Source: an uncultured Spirochaetia bacterium (lineage in GTDB: Bacteria; Desulfobacterota_D; UBA1144; Nemesobacterales; Nemesobacteraceae). From it: 64,000 bases of DNA. The stretch is from the NCBI GenBank assembly GCA_964429945.1, contig CAYSDX010000002.1, forward strand, positions 10,154 through 74,153, given 5' to 3'. Below the pieces are notes generated by a model. That model was not told where the DNA came from. It saw nothing but the letters and a program-made list of their open reading frames with translations, and searched no databases. The translations under genes and the position numbers were made by a program. Positions within the stretch are counted from its first letter, which is position 1. The number at the start of each line of letters is the position of its first letter. Of this stretch, positions 37,032 through 46,001 are shown piece by piece.

Positions 37032-37246
37032 GTAACATTTTGAAATAGTTAATCTTTTCAGGGTGCGGACAGAGGAAATATAAAACTAGATGTTACTTTA
37101 ATAATGTGGGACGGCGGGGCGGGACTTAAGAAAAAATACTATCCGTTGGGTACGAGATTCTACTTGTTCGCTTATTTTGTATATACTCTCATCCGAAGAC
37201 ACGGCGGTTTTGCGGGTAAAATCCATCTGAGTTTGCTTAAGGAAAA

Positions 37247-37516
37247 ATGTCTATTTTTTTCATAAAACTTGCGGATAAGAGCTCCAACGTTCTTTTGCAG
37301 GCGATACTCGGCACCTACGGGCACCTGATGTGGGTGAGGACCGAGGTGCCGCAGGAGATGATAGTGAAGGTGATCACCACCCCTGGACTCGCTTCGGAAA
37401 CGCGCGAGGTGCTCGAGGCGCTGAGGAGGGAGATAGAGTTTGAGTTTGTAGGTCCTCCGGAAGGCGACGATCTGCCGGGGGAGCAGGACCCTCATGGAAA
37501 CAAGGGAAGATCATAA
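37247..37516 (+). CDS. Small conserved hypothetical protein (possibly DUF4911-like)
   Basis: 89 aa. AGGAAAAATG upstream. The 3' end overlaps the murJ start by 23 nt. The family assignment is from memory only. Confidence 0.5.
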   Translation: MSIFFIKLADKSSNVLLQAILGTYGHLMWVRTEVPQEMIVKVITTPGLASETREVLEALRREIEFEFVGPPEGDDLPGEQDPHGNKGRS

Positions 37517-39047
37517 GCGCAAGTGGGGGCTTGTAAGCTTCCTCACACTTCTAAGCAGGATCATCGGATACCTGAGGGATGTTGTGGTGGCGGCGCTTTT
37601 CGGAGCGGGTTTTCAGACCGATGCCTTCTATGTCGCGTTCCGCATCCCAAACCTGCTGCGCCGCCTTTTCGCCGAAGGATCTCTGGCGGCGATCTTCGTA
37701 CCCATATTCTCCGAGTATCTTGAATCGGGGGACAGGCGGGAGGCGAAGAACGCCCTGCGCTCCGCGTTTACCGTGCTTTTCATCGTTCTCGTTTTGGTGG
37801 TAGTGCTGGGAGTGATTTTTTCCCCCTGGCTCGTGAAGCTTTTCGCCTACGGGTTCGATCAGAAGACTTTCGATCTTGCGGTCTACCTCAACAGGCTTGT
37901 TTTTCCCTACGTGCTTTTCATATCTCTTACCGCCCTTGCAATGGGGGTTCTTAACTCCGTGAGACATTTCTTCGCTCCGGCTTTTTCTCCGGTTCTTTTC
38001 AACCTGTGCATAATAGCAAGCGCCCTGTTTCTCTACAAGGAACTTGAGGTGCCTATTGTTTCTCTCTGCTTCGGGGTTCTTGGCGGAGGGGTGCTGCAAC
38101 TGGTGCTCCACCTGTTTTATCTTCGCGAAAAAAAGTTCATGTTCGGGTTCACCAGAACCCTAAACCACCCGGCGGCCAAAAGACTCGCGTTGCTAATGTT
38201 CCCCCAGTTTTTCGGAATAGCAGTCTATAACCTCAATATACTCGTGAACACCCAGTACGCGTCTTTCATGTCCGAGGGAACGGTTTCCTATCTTTACTTC
38301 GCGGAGAGGATAATAGAGTTCCCCTTGGGAGTGGTGGCCGTTTCCCTGGCGACCGTTACGCTTCCGGCCCTTTCATCCCACGCGGCAAGAGAGGATTACG
38401 GTGGATTCGGCGGCGAGTATCTGCGTTCGCTAAGGCGCATGCTGTTTATAATGGTGCCCGCCATGGTCGGGATAGTCGCTTTGCGGGTTCCGCTCTGCAA
38501 CTTCCTTTACCAGCATGGCGAATTTGATTACGTGGCGGTTATAAACACTTCCCAGGCCATTTTGGGCTACGGCCTCGGACTTTTCGCCGTGGGAGGAATT
38601 CGCATCACCGTGCCCGCCTTTTTCGCTCTCCAGGATACGAAGACGCCGGTCAAGGTGGCGTTTTTCTGCTTCCTGCTAAACGCCGTCTGCGGGTTCGTCC
38701 TGGGATTTGTATTTTCGCTTGACCACCTCGGTCTGGCGCTTGCGAGTTCCATTTCTTCGGTGGCGAATTTCGTTCTGCTGGTGGTTCTGCTGAACGGAAG
38801 GCTGGGACGTTTTCTTTCCCGGGACATTATCTTCTTTTCGCTCAGGGTTCTTGCGATCGCGGTTGTCATGGGTTTTGCCGTGTGGGGTATTGCCGGATTT
38901 TCCTCGTGGAGCGAAACCGGTTTTTCTCTTCAGAAGGCGATGGTCATGGCTGCCTCGGTGGGTATCGGCGTTGTCCTTTACTTCCTGCTCGCCAAGCTGG
39001 TTGGGATAAAGGAAGTTGAAATGTTCTCTTTTATGAAAAAAAAGTGA
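37494..39047 (+). CDS. murJ: Lipid II flippase MurJ (MviN)
   Basis: 517 aa polytopic protein with SRIIGYLRDVVVAALFGAGFQTDAFYVAFRIPNLLRRLFAEGSL, a diagnostic N-terminus. Confidence 0.9.
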   Translation: METREDHKRKWGLVSFLTLLSRIIGYLRDVVVAALFGAGFQTDAFYVAFRIPNLLRRLFAEGSLAAIFVPIFSEYLESGDRREAKNALRSAFTVLFIVLVLVVVLGVIFSPWLVKLFAYGFDQKTFDLAVYLNRLVFPYVLFISLTALAMGVLNSVRHFFAPAFSPVLFNLCIIASALFLYKELEVPIVSLCFGVLGGGVLQLVLHLFYLREKKFMFGFTRTLNHPAAKRLALLMFPQFFGIAVYNLNILVNTQYASFMSEGTVSYLYFAERIIEFPLGVVAVSLATVTLPALSSHAAREDYGGFGGEYLRSLRRMLFIMVPAMVGIVALRVPLCNFLYQHGEFDYVAVINTSQAILGYGLGLFAVGGIRITVPAFFALQDTKTPVKVAFFCFLLNAVCGFVLGFVFSLDHLGLALASSISSVANFVLLVVLLNGRLGRFLSRDIIFFSLRVLAIAVVMGFAVWGIAGFSSWSETGFSLQKAMVMAASVGIGVVLYFLLAKLVGIKEVEMFSFMKKK

Positions 39048-39216
39048 CGTGGGGCCGGAACACCGTCCCGATTGGGGTTGTCCGCTACCCGGCATTGCGG
39101 TATCTTTGGTGAAACGGGTCAGGAATGCCGATTCGATTTCCATGTAAATAGTGTGCTCAGCGCGGATTGGGAAAAAGCGTGGAAGGTTAGGCAGTTGGAA
39201 AAAGCAGCAAAAGCTT

Positions 39217-39828
39217 ATGGATGAACTTAAAACCCTGAGTCAGCATGCTCTTGAGACGCTCAGGGAGAAGTACGAGTACACCTCGAGGATTTTTCCCGAC
39301 TCTGATTCGCTTCTTGCAATGGCGGAGGTTTCTCTTGCGCTTGGTGAAGTAACTAAGGCGAGACTATTGGTTTCTGATTTTACCGAAAAAAACGGAGACA
39401 GCAGTCGTGCGAGGGTTATTCTCGCAAAAGCTTATCTTATGTGCTGGGATGCCGCCGCCGCGGAAGAGGAGCTCAGAAAGGCCATTTCTCTTGATCATCG
39501 AAACACTCAGGCTTCCGAACTACTGATACATATATACGAAAGTGCGGGGAAAACGGGCGAAGCCTTCAGGGTGGCTCTGTCGCCTGGTTCATATTTGGAA
39601 CGACTGGAAGAGGGTCTCCCGGAACCCGAAGAACCTTCCCCCGAGCCGGAAAAGGAAATCAAGCCACAGGTCGGGGTTTTCGAAACGGACACGATGCTTA
39701 ATCTTTATTTCTCCCAAGGGCTTTATGAGGATGCCTTGGAAGTAGTCGAGGTTCTCTGCGAACTTGAGCCCGACAACCCGGTTTACCGCGGCAAGCGCGA
39801 AGAGATAATGACTCTTCTTGGAAAATAG
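39217..39828 (+). CDS. TPR-like repeat protein, function unknown
   Basis: Helical-repeat composition with an acidic linker (PEPEEPSPEPEKE). The likely start is ATG 39217 (MDELKTL) within ORF 39151-39828. Confidence 0.5.
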   Translation: MDELKTLSQHALETLREKYEYTSRIFPDSDSLLAMAEVSLALGEVTKARLLVSDFTEKNGDSSRARVILAKAYLMCWDAAAAEEELRKAISLDHRNTQASELLIHIYESAGKTGEAFRVALSPGSYLERLEEGLPEPEEPSPEPEKEIKPQVGVFETDTMLNLYFSQGLYEDALEVVEVLCELEPDNPVYRGKREEIMTLLGK

Positions 39829-39887
39829 CGTCTTCGTCTGGTTTTTTCCCGACCTTTTAATTATCATTACTTGCGGTATTTTGTCCC

Positions 39888-40343
39888 ATGAAAATAATTG
39901 TCATAAACGGTCCGAATCTCAACATGCTGGGCAAAAGGGAACCTGAGATTTACGGAAGCCTAACCCTTTCAGACATCGAGTCTTTTCTTTCTTCCCACAC
40001 CGAGTCTCTGGGCGAGGATGTCCAGCTTTCCTTCTTTCAGTCAAATTCCGAAGGGGAGATAGTTACCGCCATACAGGATGCCTACGGAAAGTTTGACGGA
40101 ATAGTGATAAACCCCGGCGCCTATACTCATACCAGCGTTGCAATAAGGGACGCCATACTCTCAACCGGAATGCCTGTTGTGGAAGTTCATATTTCCAATA
40201 TATACAAAAGGGAGGACTTCAGGCAGAAATCGTTTGTCTCGGGAGTATCGCTCGGCGTGGTGTCGGGCTTCGGGGCACGCAGTTATTACCTAGGACTTGT
40301 GGGCCTGGTTGAGCACCTGAGGAAAGAAAGCGCCTCTTCCTGA
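39888..40343 (+). CDS. aroQ: Type II 3-dehydroquinate dehydratase
   Basis: [34 protein letters not shown] and VEVHISNI motifs. Confidence 0.95.
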   Translation: MKIIVINGPNLNMLGKREPEIYGSLTLSDIESFLSSHTESLGEDVQLSFFQSNSEGEIVTAIQDAYGKFDGIVINPGAYTHTSVAIRDAILSTGMPVVEVHISNIYKREDFRQKSFVSGVSLGVVSGFGARSYYLGLVGLVEHLRKESASS

Positions 40344-40364
40344 ATCTCTCCCCGCGGAATTTTT

Positions 40365-42071
40365 ATGAAGGAAAAGAAATGGGTAGTCGCAAAGCCCGCC
40401 AAAGGGCCGGTTGAGAAGATTTCGGCAAAGCTCGGCATTCTGCCGATAACGGCGGGACTTCTGGTAAACAGGGGGATAAGTTCAACTCAGGATGCCGAGG
40501 CTTTTCTCTGCGCATCACTTTCTGACCTGCCTTCTCCTTTTTTGATGAAAGGGATGGAAGAGGCGGTCGAGCGCCTTTGCAGGTGCGTTCACAAAAAAGA
40601 AAAAATCGCCGTCTACGGCGACTACGATGTCGACGGCATTACGGCGACTTCTCTTCTGACGGGTTTTCTAAGGGCCCTTGGCTGCGACGTCGTATACTAC
40701 ATTCCCGACAGGTTTAAAGAGGGTTACGGCGTAAACTCCCAGGCGCTTCGTGCTCTTAAACAAAAACAGGTGACCCTTGTAATCTCGGTTGACTGCGGAA
40801 TTACTGCCGTAGACGAGGTGGCGCAGGCCGGAGCGCTCGGGATGGACTTCATAGTTACGGATCATCACAGCTTCTTGGGCCAGCTGCCCGAGGCTGTTGC
40901 CGTTCTTAACCCGCGTCAGACGGACTGCGGGTATCCGGGAAAGGAAGTCGCGGGCGTCGGCGTTGCGTTTAACCTTGCCCTCGCCCTCAGGAGAACGCTC
41001 AGGGAAGAGGGGTTTTTCGAGACCACGGCGGAACCCAACATGGGAGATTTCCTTGACCTCGTTTCGCTCGGAACGGTTTCTGACCGCGTGCCTGTGGAAA
41101 ACGTAAACAGGATCATGCTAAAGGAAGGTCTTAAGAGAATGCGGAGTCCCAAAAGGCCGGGCCTGCGGGCTCTTAAGGATGTAAGCGGCATAGGCGACGG
41201 GATCGAGATATTCGATCTTGGTTTTCGCCTCGGTCCCAGGATAAACGCGGCCGGCAGGCTTGATTCCGCGGACAAGGCGGTCGAGCTTCTCCTCTCCGAC
41301 AGCCGGGAGGAGGCTTTTTCCCTCGCGAAGTTCCTTGACGAGCGCAACTCCAGGCGCCGCGAGATCGAAGAGGGGATACTGCGTGACGCGACCCGGATGG
41401 TTGAGTCTGTCCCCGGGGGCACAGAGGGCAATTCGCTTGTTCTCTCCTCCCGCGAATGGCACAGAGGCGTCGTAGGTATCGTGGCTTCCTCCATAGCCGG
41501 GTCTTACGGGAAACCCGCTTTTCTCATCTCGGTTGATGAAAACGGCGTAGGAAGGGGAAGCGGAAGATCCTTCGGAGGAATAAACATTTTCTCCGTGCTT
41601 TCAAAGTGCGAAGATCTTCTCATGGAATTCGGCGGGCATGCCTACGCGGCCGGCGTAACCCTCTTGGAGGAAAAAATCGGTCTTTTCAGGGAGAGGTTCT
41701 CAGAAGAACTTGAAAAAAGCGGTCAGAAGCCTGAAAGCAGGCTTAATATAGACTCCGAGATCACTCTCGCTTCCATAAGCGATACTCTTGTCTCCGAGAT
41801 TGAAACTCTCTCGCCTTTCGGAGAGGGAAATCCCGAACCTCTCTTTCTCTCGAGGGCCGTTAGGGTGGTGGATCAGAACCTGCTTAGGAATCAGCATCTG
41901 CGGTTTAAGGTGAGGAAAAACGGTTCTGTGCTGAGCTGCATCTGGTTTTACGCTTCCCGCAAGCGCCTTCCCGAAAAAATAGATCTGGTTTTCGCTCTAC
42001 GTTTCAACGTGCGAAACGGAGGAAGGGAGCCCCGCCTTTTCATAAAGGATGCGAGGGAGGCACTCCGGTGA
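40365..42071 (+). CDS. recJ: Single-stranded-DNA-specific exonuclease RecJ
   Basis: DHH family motifs (YGDYDVDGITA, VDCGI, TDHH, GGHAYAAG). Confidence 0.95.
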   Translation: MKEKKWVVAKPAKGPVEKISAKLGILPITAGLLVNRGISSTQDAEAFLCASLSDLPSPFLMKGMEEAVERLCRCVHKKEKIAVYGDYDVDGITATSLLTGFLRALGCDVVYYIPDRFKEGYGVNSQALRALKQKQVTLVISVDCGITAVDEVAQAGALGMDFIVTDHHSFLGQLPEAVAVLNPRQTDCGYPGKEVAGVGVAFNLALALRRTLREEGFFETTAEPNMGDFLDLVSLGTVSDRVPVENVNRIMLKEGLKRMRSPKRPGLRALKDVSGIGDGIEIFDLGFRLGPRINAAGRLDSADKAVELLLSDSREEAFSLAKFLDERNSRRREIEEGILRDATRMVESVPGGTEGNSLVLSSREWHRGVVGIVASSIAGSYGKPAFLISVDENGVGRGSGRSFGGINIFSVLSKCEDLLMEFGGHAYAAGVTLLEEKIGLFRERFSEELEKSGQKPESRLNIDSEITLASISDTLVSEIETLSPFGEGNPEPLFLSRAVRVVDQNLLRNQHLRFKVRKNGSVLSCIWFYASRKRLPEKIDLVFALRFNVRNGGREPRLFIKDAREALR

Positions 42072-42131
42072 ACCAGTTATGAGAGATAACTGAAGTTGGT
42101 TTTTCTGTAGTTTTCTTGCTTTTTAGCAATT

Positions 42132-43619
42132 TTATATCAACTGTAACTGTCGCAAGGTTTTACTGATGCTGTATCTATACTCAATTCCTGATTCTGCCAA
42201 AAGCCGATCAATATCCAAGGATTTAAGCAACTGGATCGTAATAGGTCTTTTGCTGTCCCAGAAAATAAAAGATCTATAGAAGATATTTGCTGTACCTGAG
42301 TTCAGCAGTTCTGCTAATCGGTAAGATTCTTCAGCGTTATCCATGGCAATGAAATTTACAGTATCATCAAATACAACAGCTTTCCTCTCGTGAGGACCAA
42401 CAACAAAGAATTCAAGTTTTTTGTAAAGGGCGGGAATAGCTACTTTCCAACTGCTAAAGGTATAGTCTCCAACTCCGAAAACGGAGAATCTCGGTTTGTC
42501 TTTATATATTGAACTTACTCTTCTATCTAGCAAGTCACTGTATTTTATCAGGTATTCTAATGTCTTAGGTGCCGTCTCCGCCAAATGTTTTGTTTCCTGT
42601 CCGATTCTTGTTTGTGGAACTAACATGAATTTTTCAGGAGTTCTGCCATTCGCAAGGCAGGAACCCTTCAACAAGGGGTAAAGACACGAGTCTTCAAGCT
42701 CGTTTGTATCACCAAGCCCGTTTATATATAAGTTTTCCTCAATTTTTTCCAATTCCATGATTTTTGAGCAGTCATGTTTGATTCCTGTTCTCCATTTATA
42801 ATGCTGTCCATATTCAATTAGGTGTTTTGTTTTTCCGTAGCTGTGGATATCGGCGACAAGAAAAGAGTCCCGCAATCCTATTGTCTGAATGGGATTATCC
42901 GCTTGTATATCATTATACACCTTGCATTCTTTGCATTTTTTATCGGATGAACTTACGGTCAGTAGGCAGGCATCAGCGGAAACCTGAAAATGAGATTTTG
43001 AATCAATGAGGTGCATGGTGGCAACTTCCATCTTCTTGTCGTGTTTCCATGCGTTCAGCAGAACTTTCCTTGCAACTGAAGTTTTACATAACATTGCTAC
43101 GATTCCCTGCTTTTTTTGGAGCCATTCAATCATCCGGTTTATCATCCACTCCGAGATATCAAAATTACTTTTTCCTGTTAAAGCATCCAACCCTTTCATT
43201 TTTTTATGATTTTGTTTTGCAGGCAGGTTATCGCTTTTTAACTGACCAAGCTGTGAGTTTGTAACCCATGGAGGATTCCCTATTACCAGAATGGGTTCCG
43301 GCAGATTATCCAAGTCAGATTCCCAGTTTTTAGAGAAAAAATCAGCTGTTTCAATTCTAGCGAGAATGTCCCCGCTGTAATCTGAGAACCAGTTTTTTAA
43401 CGCCTCAATGTAGCTACCGTCAATATCACAGGCGTATCCAGCCTTTGCTTCATTAAACGCATTCAGTGCTTCCATAAAGAAAGTGCCTATACCACAGGTT
43501 GGTTCAACGATGCTTCTTGGTACAACTTTGTTCTTTTTTAACAATATGCAGACTTGCTGTGCCAACTCTTGTGGAGTTTGAAAATCGCCGTATTCTACTT
43601 TCTTGGCATCTTTGGTCAT
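42132..43619 (-). CDS. Type II N6-adenine DNA methyltransferase (gamma-class, Eco57I/TaqI-like)
   Basis: FQTP-type N-terminus (YGDFQTPQELA), SAM motif I (VEPTCGIGTFF) and catalytic motif IV (GNPPW). About 300 aa of C-terminal sequence presumably forms the target-recognition region. DNA is low-GC. Confidence 0.8.
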   Translation of the reverse strand: MTKDAKKVEYGDFQTPQELAQQVCILLKKNKVVPRSIVEPTCGIGTFFMEALNAFNEAKAGYACDIDGSYIEALKNWFSDYSGDILARIETADFFSKNWESDLDNLPEPILVIGNPPWVTNSQLGQLKSDNLPAKQNHKKMKGLDALTGKSNFDISEWMINRMIEWLQKKQGIVAMLCKTSVARKVLLNAWKHDKKMEVATMHLIDSKSHFQVSADACLLTVSSSDKKCKECKVYNDIQADNPIQTIGLRDSFLVADIHSYGKTKHLIEYGQHYKWRTGIKHDCSKIMELEKIEENLYINGLGDTNELEDSCLYPLLKGSCLANGRTPEKFMLVPQTRIGQETKHLAETAPKTLEYLIKYSDLLDRRVSSIYKDKPRFSVFGVGDYTFSSWKVAIPALYKKLEFFVVGPHERKAVVFDDTVNFIAMDNAEESYRLAELLNSGTANIFYRSFIFWDSKRPITIQLLKSLDIDRLLAESGIEYRYSISKTLRQLQLI

Positions 43620-43624
43620 TGCTC

Positions 43625-44284
43625 TTATTTCAACAAATTATGTACCCTATCAACATTCCCGGCCACTTCGATTATGCGGCCGTACTGCAATCTCCATTGC
43701 ATGGCGTTTGAAATGGTCAGGTAACCTTGTTCAGGCTTTCTTTTAAGAAGTTCCTCCGCTATTTTGTTCGCTTGGATATCATCAACGGGCAAGTTCCTCT
43801 CATACATAAATGCGATAAGATCATCGCTGTTACAATTGTTTTCAAGTATATGACGTAACCCCTTGGTGGTTTGGTAATCACCCGTAATTTCTTTTTCTAC
43901 AAAAATTGTGTGCAGAAAGTTCAGGCGACCCGTTTTTTTCTTATGATCGTCAATTTTTTCATAGACAAAAACCAGAAGAGAATATCCCAAGCCATAAATT
44001 TTTTGCCTTGCAGACCTGTAGGGACAGGATGATTGAGGCTGCTTTATGCTTGTGACCTTTATGTCAATCTCCAAGTTTGGGAAATCAATTCCTTTTGCGG
44101 AACTTCCGAATTTGAATTCGTAGGTTTCGGCAAGATATTCCCTAAACTTATGTTCAATAAAAGTACCTACCGCTTTGCCGTCGGTTATTCCATAAATTTC
44201 AGGAAAAGTTATCCTTGAGTGGGTTGGGGAAAATGATTTTGCCCCCTGAAGAAGTCTTCTTCTTGTGAGTTTTGGTTTTTTCAC
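43625..44284 (-). CDS. Type II restriction endonuclease candidate (PD-(D/E)xK; MutH/Sau3AI-like catalytic block)
   Basis: GKAVGTFIEHKF...FGSSAKGIDFPNLEIDIKVTS resembles the E. coli MutH block [23 protein letters not shown]. The GTG at 44284 is preferred because longer starts overlap the divergent SPFH gene. There are 5 nt between it and the methylase gene. Confidence 0.65.
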   Translation of the reverse strand: MKKPKLTRRRLLQGAKSFSPTHSRITFPEIYGITDGKAVGTFIEHKFREYLAETYEFKFGSSAKGIDFPNLEIDIKVTSIKQPQSSCPYRSARQKIYGLGYSLLVFVYEKIDDHKKKTGRLNFLHTIFVEKEITGDYQTTKGLRHILENNCNSDDLIAFMYERNLPVDDIQANKIAEELLKRKPEQGYLTISNAMQWRLQYGRIIEVAGNVDRVHNLLK

Positions 44285-44332
44285 ACAAGTATTATAATGT
44301 ATGGACACATAAGTATCTAATGGAGGTGCCAG

Positions 44333-45220
44333 ATGAGAGCGAGGCCGCGACTGCCCAAACTTAATATTTTCTATCCGATAATTTTTATCCTGCTGTTTTT
44401 TCTGGTGACGGGAGTTTTCATAATAGTGGAAAGCGGGCATGTGGGGGTCGTGCGGACTCTTGGCGCGGTGCAGCCCAATGCGCTTCCGGAGGGATTCCAC
44501 CTGAAAAAACCTTTCATGGATAAGGTCGAACAGATCGATATCCGTCTTACCGCGGCGAGTGCCAAGGCTGTCTCAGCTTCCAAGGACCTCCAGACGGTAC
44601 AGACTCAGGTTACTCTCCAGTATTCCATTACGGGAGATCTAGCTCCCGTAATATTTCAGAAGATAGGGAAAAGAAACACCGTGTCGATTACGCTTATAGA
44701 GCCTGCGATACAGGAGTCTGTAAAGGCCATTACTGCCAAGTACACGGCCGAGCAGCTGGTCACCAAGAGGGCCGAGGTGAAAGTAGAGATACAGGAGGCC
44801 ATAAACAATTTCATATCAATTACTCTGGCCGAGAAGGGGATCTCTATCAACGCTCTTAGAATAGCCAACATCGCCATAACGGACTTTGATTTCTCAGATG
44901 AGTTCAACAAGGCGATTGAACTCAAGGTGAAGGCTGAGCAGGAGGCGCTTCAGGCTCTAAACGAGAAAATAAGAAGAGTGACCCAGGCTGAAGCTGCCGC
45001 TGAAGAGAAAAAGCTTGCAGCAAGTGCCCAGGCTTTCGAGATAGAAGTAGGGTCCAAGGCAAGAGCTGCTGCGATTGAGAGGGAAGCGAAGGCGCTTAAG
45101 AACAATCCACAGATCATTCAGCTGCGAATCGCAGAGAGGTGGGACGGTACCCTTCCCAAGTTCACGGGCAGTGGAACTGTGCCCTTAATAAACGTGGATT
45201 CTCTTCTGAAAGAAGAGTAG
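44333..45220 (+). CDS. SPFH/Band 7 (prohibitin/HflC-like) membrane protein
   Basis: GGAGG lies 6 nt upstream. N-terminal TM segment, SGHVGVVRTLGAV, and an Ala/Glu-rich coiled-coil C-terminus. Confidence 0.85.
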   Translation: MRARPRLPKLNIFYPIIFILLFFLVTGVFIIVESGHVGVVRTLGAVQPNALPEGFHLKKPFMDKVEQIDIRLTAASAKAVSASKDLQTVQTQVTLQYSITGDLAPVIFQKIGKRNTVSITLIEPAIQESVKAITAKYTAEQLVTKRAEVKVEIQEAINNFISITLAEKGISINALRIANIAITDFDFSDEFNKAIELKVKAEQEALQALNEKIRRVTQAEAAAEEKKLAASAQAFEIEVGSKARAAAIEREAKALKNNPQIIQLRIAERWDGTLPKFTGSGTVPLINVDSLLKEE

Positions 45221-45236
45221 GCCAGGGAGACGCCCT

Positions 45237-45992
45237 ATGTACCCGGTACTTCTCGACCTCGGCGGAGGTCTGGTCATCTACTCGTATTCGGTATTTCTTG
45301 CGCTTGGATATCTGGTCGCTTACTGGGTGGTGTCCGCGGACGTAAGCCGCAGGAAGATGGACCCGTCCCTTCCCGCGACTCTTCTGCTCGCGTGTTTTAT
45401 CGCCGGGCTTGTGGGAGCCAAGATGCTCTTTCTTTACCAGAACGCCACTTTAGCCGAGTTTCTCGCCAACCCCATGCGCTACTTTATATCGGGATATTCA
45501 TCTGTGGGCGGGCTTGTGGGGATTTTCTTGGCCCTGTGGATCGTCTCCAGGATCAGAAAAACGCATTTTGAGATTCTTCTCGATGTCGTGTGTCCCGCTC
45601 TCATTCTTGGTTATGGGGTAGGAAGGATAGGGTGTTTTCTTAACGGCTGCGATTACGGAACCGTGTGTTCCCTGCCTTGGGCGGTTTCTTTTTCCGAGAG
45701 AGTTGTCAATGTTCATCCCACGCAGCTTTACGACACGCTGTTTATGGTGCTGCTTTTCGTTTTTCTCTGGAAAATCAGAACCGAGGACCGTCCCACGGGC
45801 TTTGTCTCAGCGGTGGGATTCGTGATTCTCGGTACTCAGAGATTTTTTATTGAATTCATAAGGGAGACTACCCCTAGCTTTATAGAAGGTCTTTCCCAGG
45901 CGCAGCTGGCGGCTTTGGTGCTCGTTGCCGTCTTCGGGATAAGGCTGTTTCAGCTTTCCGGCGGCGTACTCGGAGAGCGGGCACGGGTTTAG
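45237..45992 (+). CDS. lgt: Prolipoprotein diacylglyceryl transferase
   Basis: 251 aa polytopic protein with an IYSYSVFLALGYL start and GRIGCFLNGCDYG (the GRxGNFxNxE-like Lgt motif). Confidence 0.8.
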   Translation: MYPVLLDLGGGLVIYSYSVFLALGYLVAYWVVSADVSRRKMDPSLPATLLLACFIAGLVGAKMLFLYQNATLAEFLANPMRYFISGYSSVGGLVGIFLALWIVSRIRKTHFEILLDVVCPALILGYGVGRIGCFLNGCDYGTVCSLPWAVSFSERVVNVHPTQLYDTLFMVLLFVFLWKIRTEDRPTGFVSAVGFVILGTQRFFIEFIRETTPSFIEGLSQAQLAALVLVAVFGIRLFQLSGGVLGERARV

Positions 45993-46001
45993 TTTGCTGC
46001 T

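Noticed and set aside
37106-37125. A G-rich island, GTGGGACGGCGGGGCGGGAC, in the AT-rich mraZ/murJ divergent region. Considered as E. coli-type TGGGN MraZ boxes or a G-quadruplex.
   Set aside because: Only two loosely matching boxes and three G-tracts are present. It lies about 160 bp upstream of mraZ and beyond the putative promoter. The phased TGGCA boxes in the leader are the better operator candidate.
42074-42092. A perfect 7-bp inverted repeat, CAGTTAT-GAGAG-ATAACTG, 3 nt after the recJ stop at the left edge of the R-M island. Considered as an island boundary repeat or attachment site.
   Set aside because: I found no matching copy at the right edge (44285-44332). It is more simply a weak recJ terminator-like hairpin, with the T-rich GGTTTTTCTG a few nt downstream.
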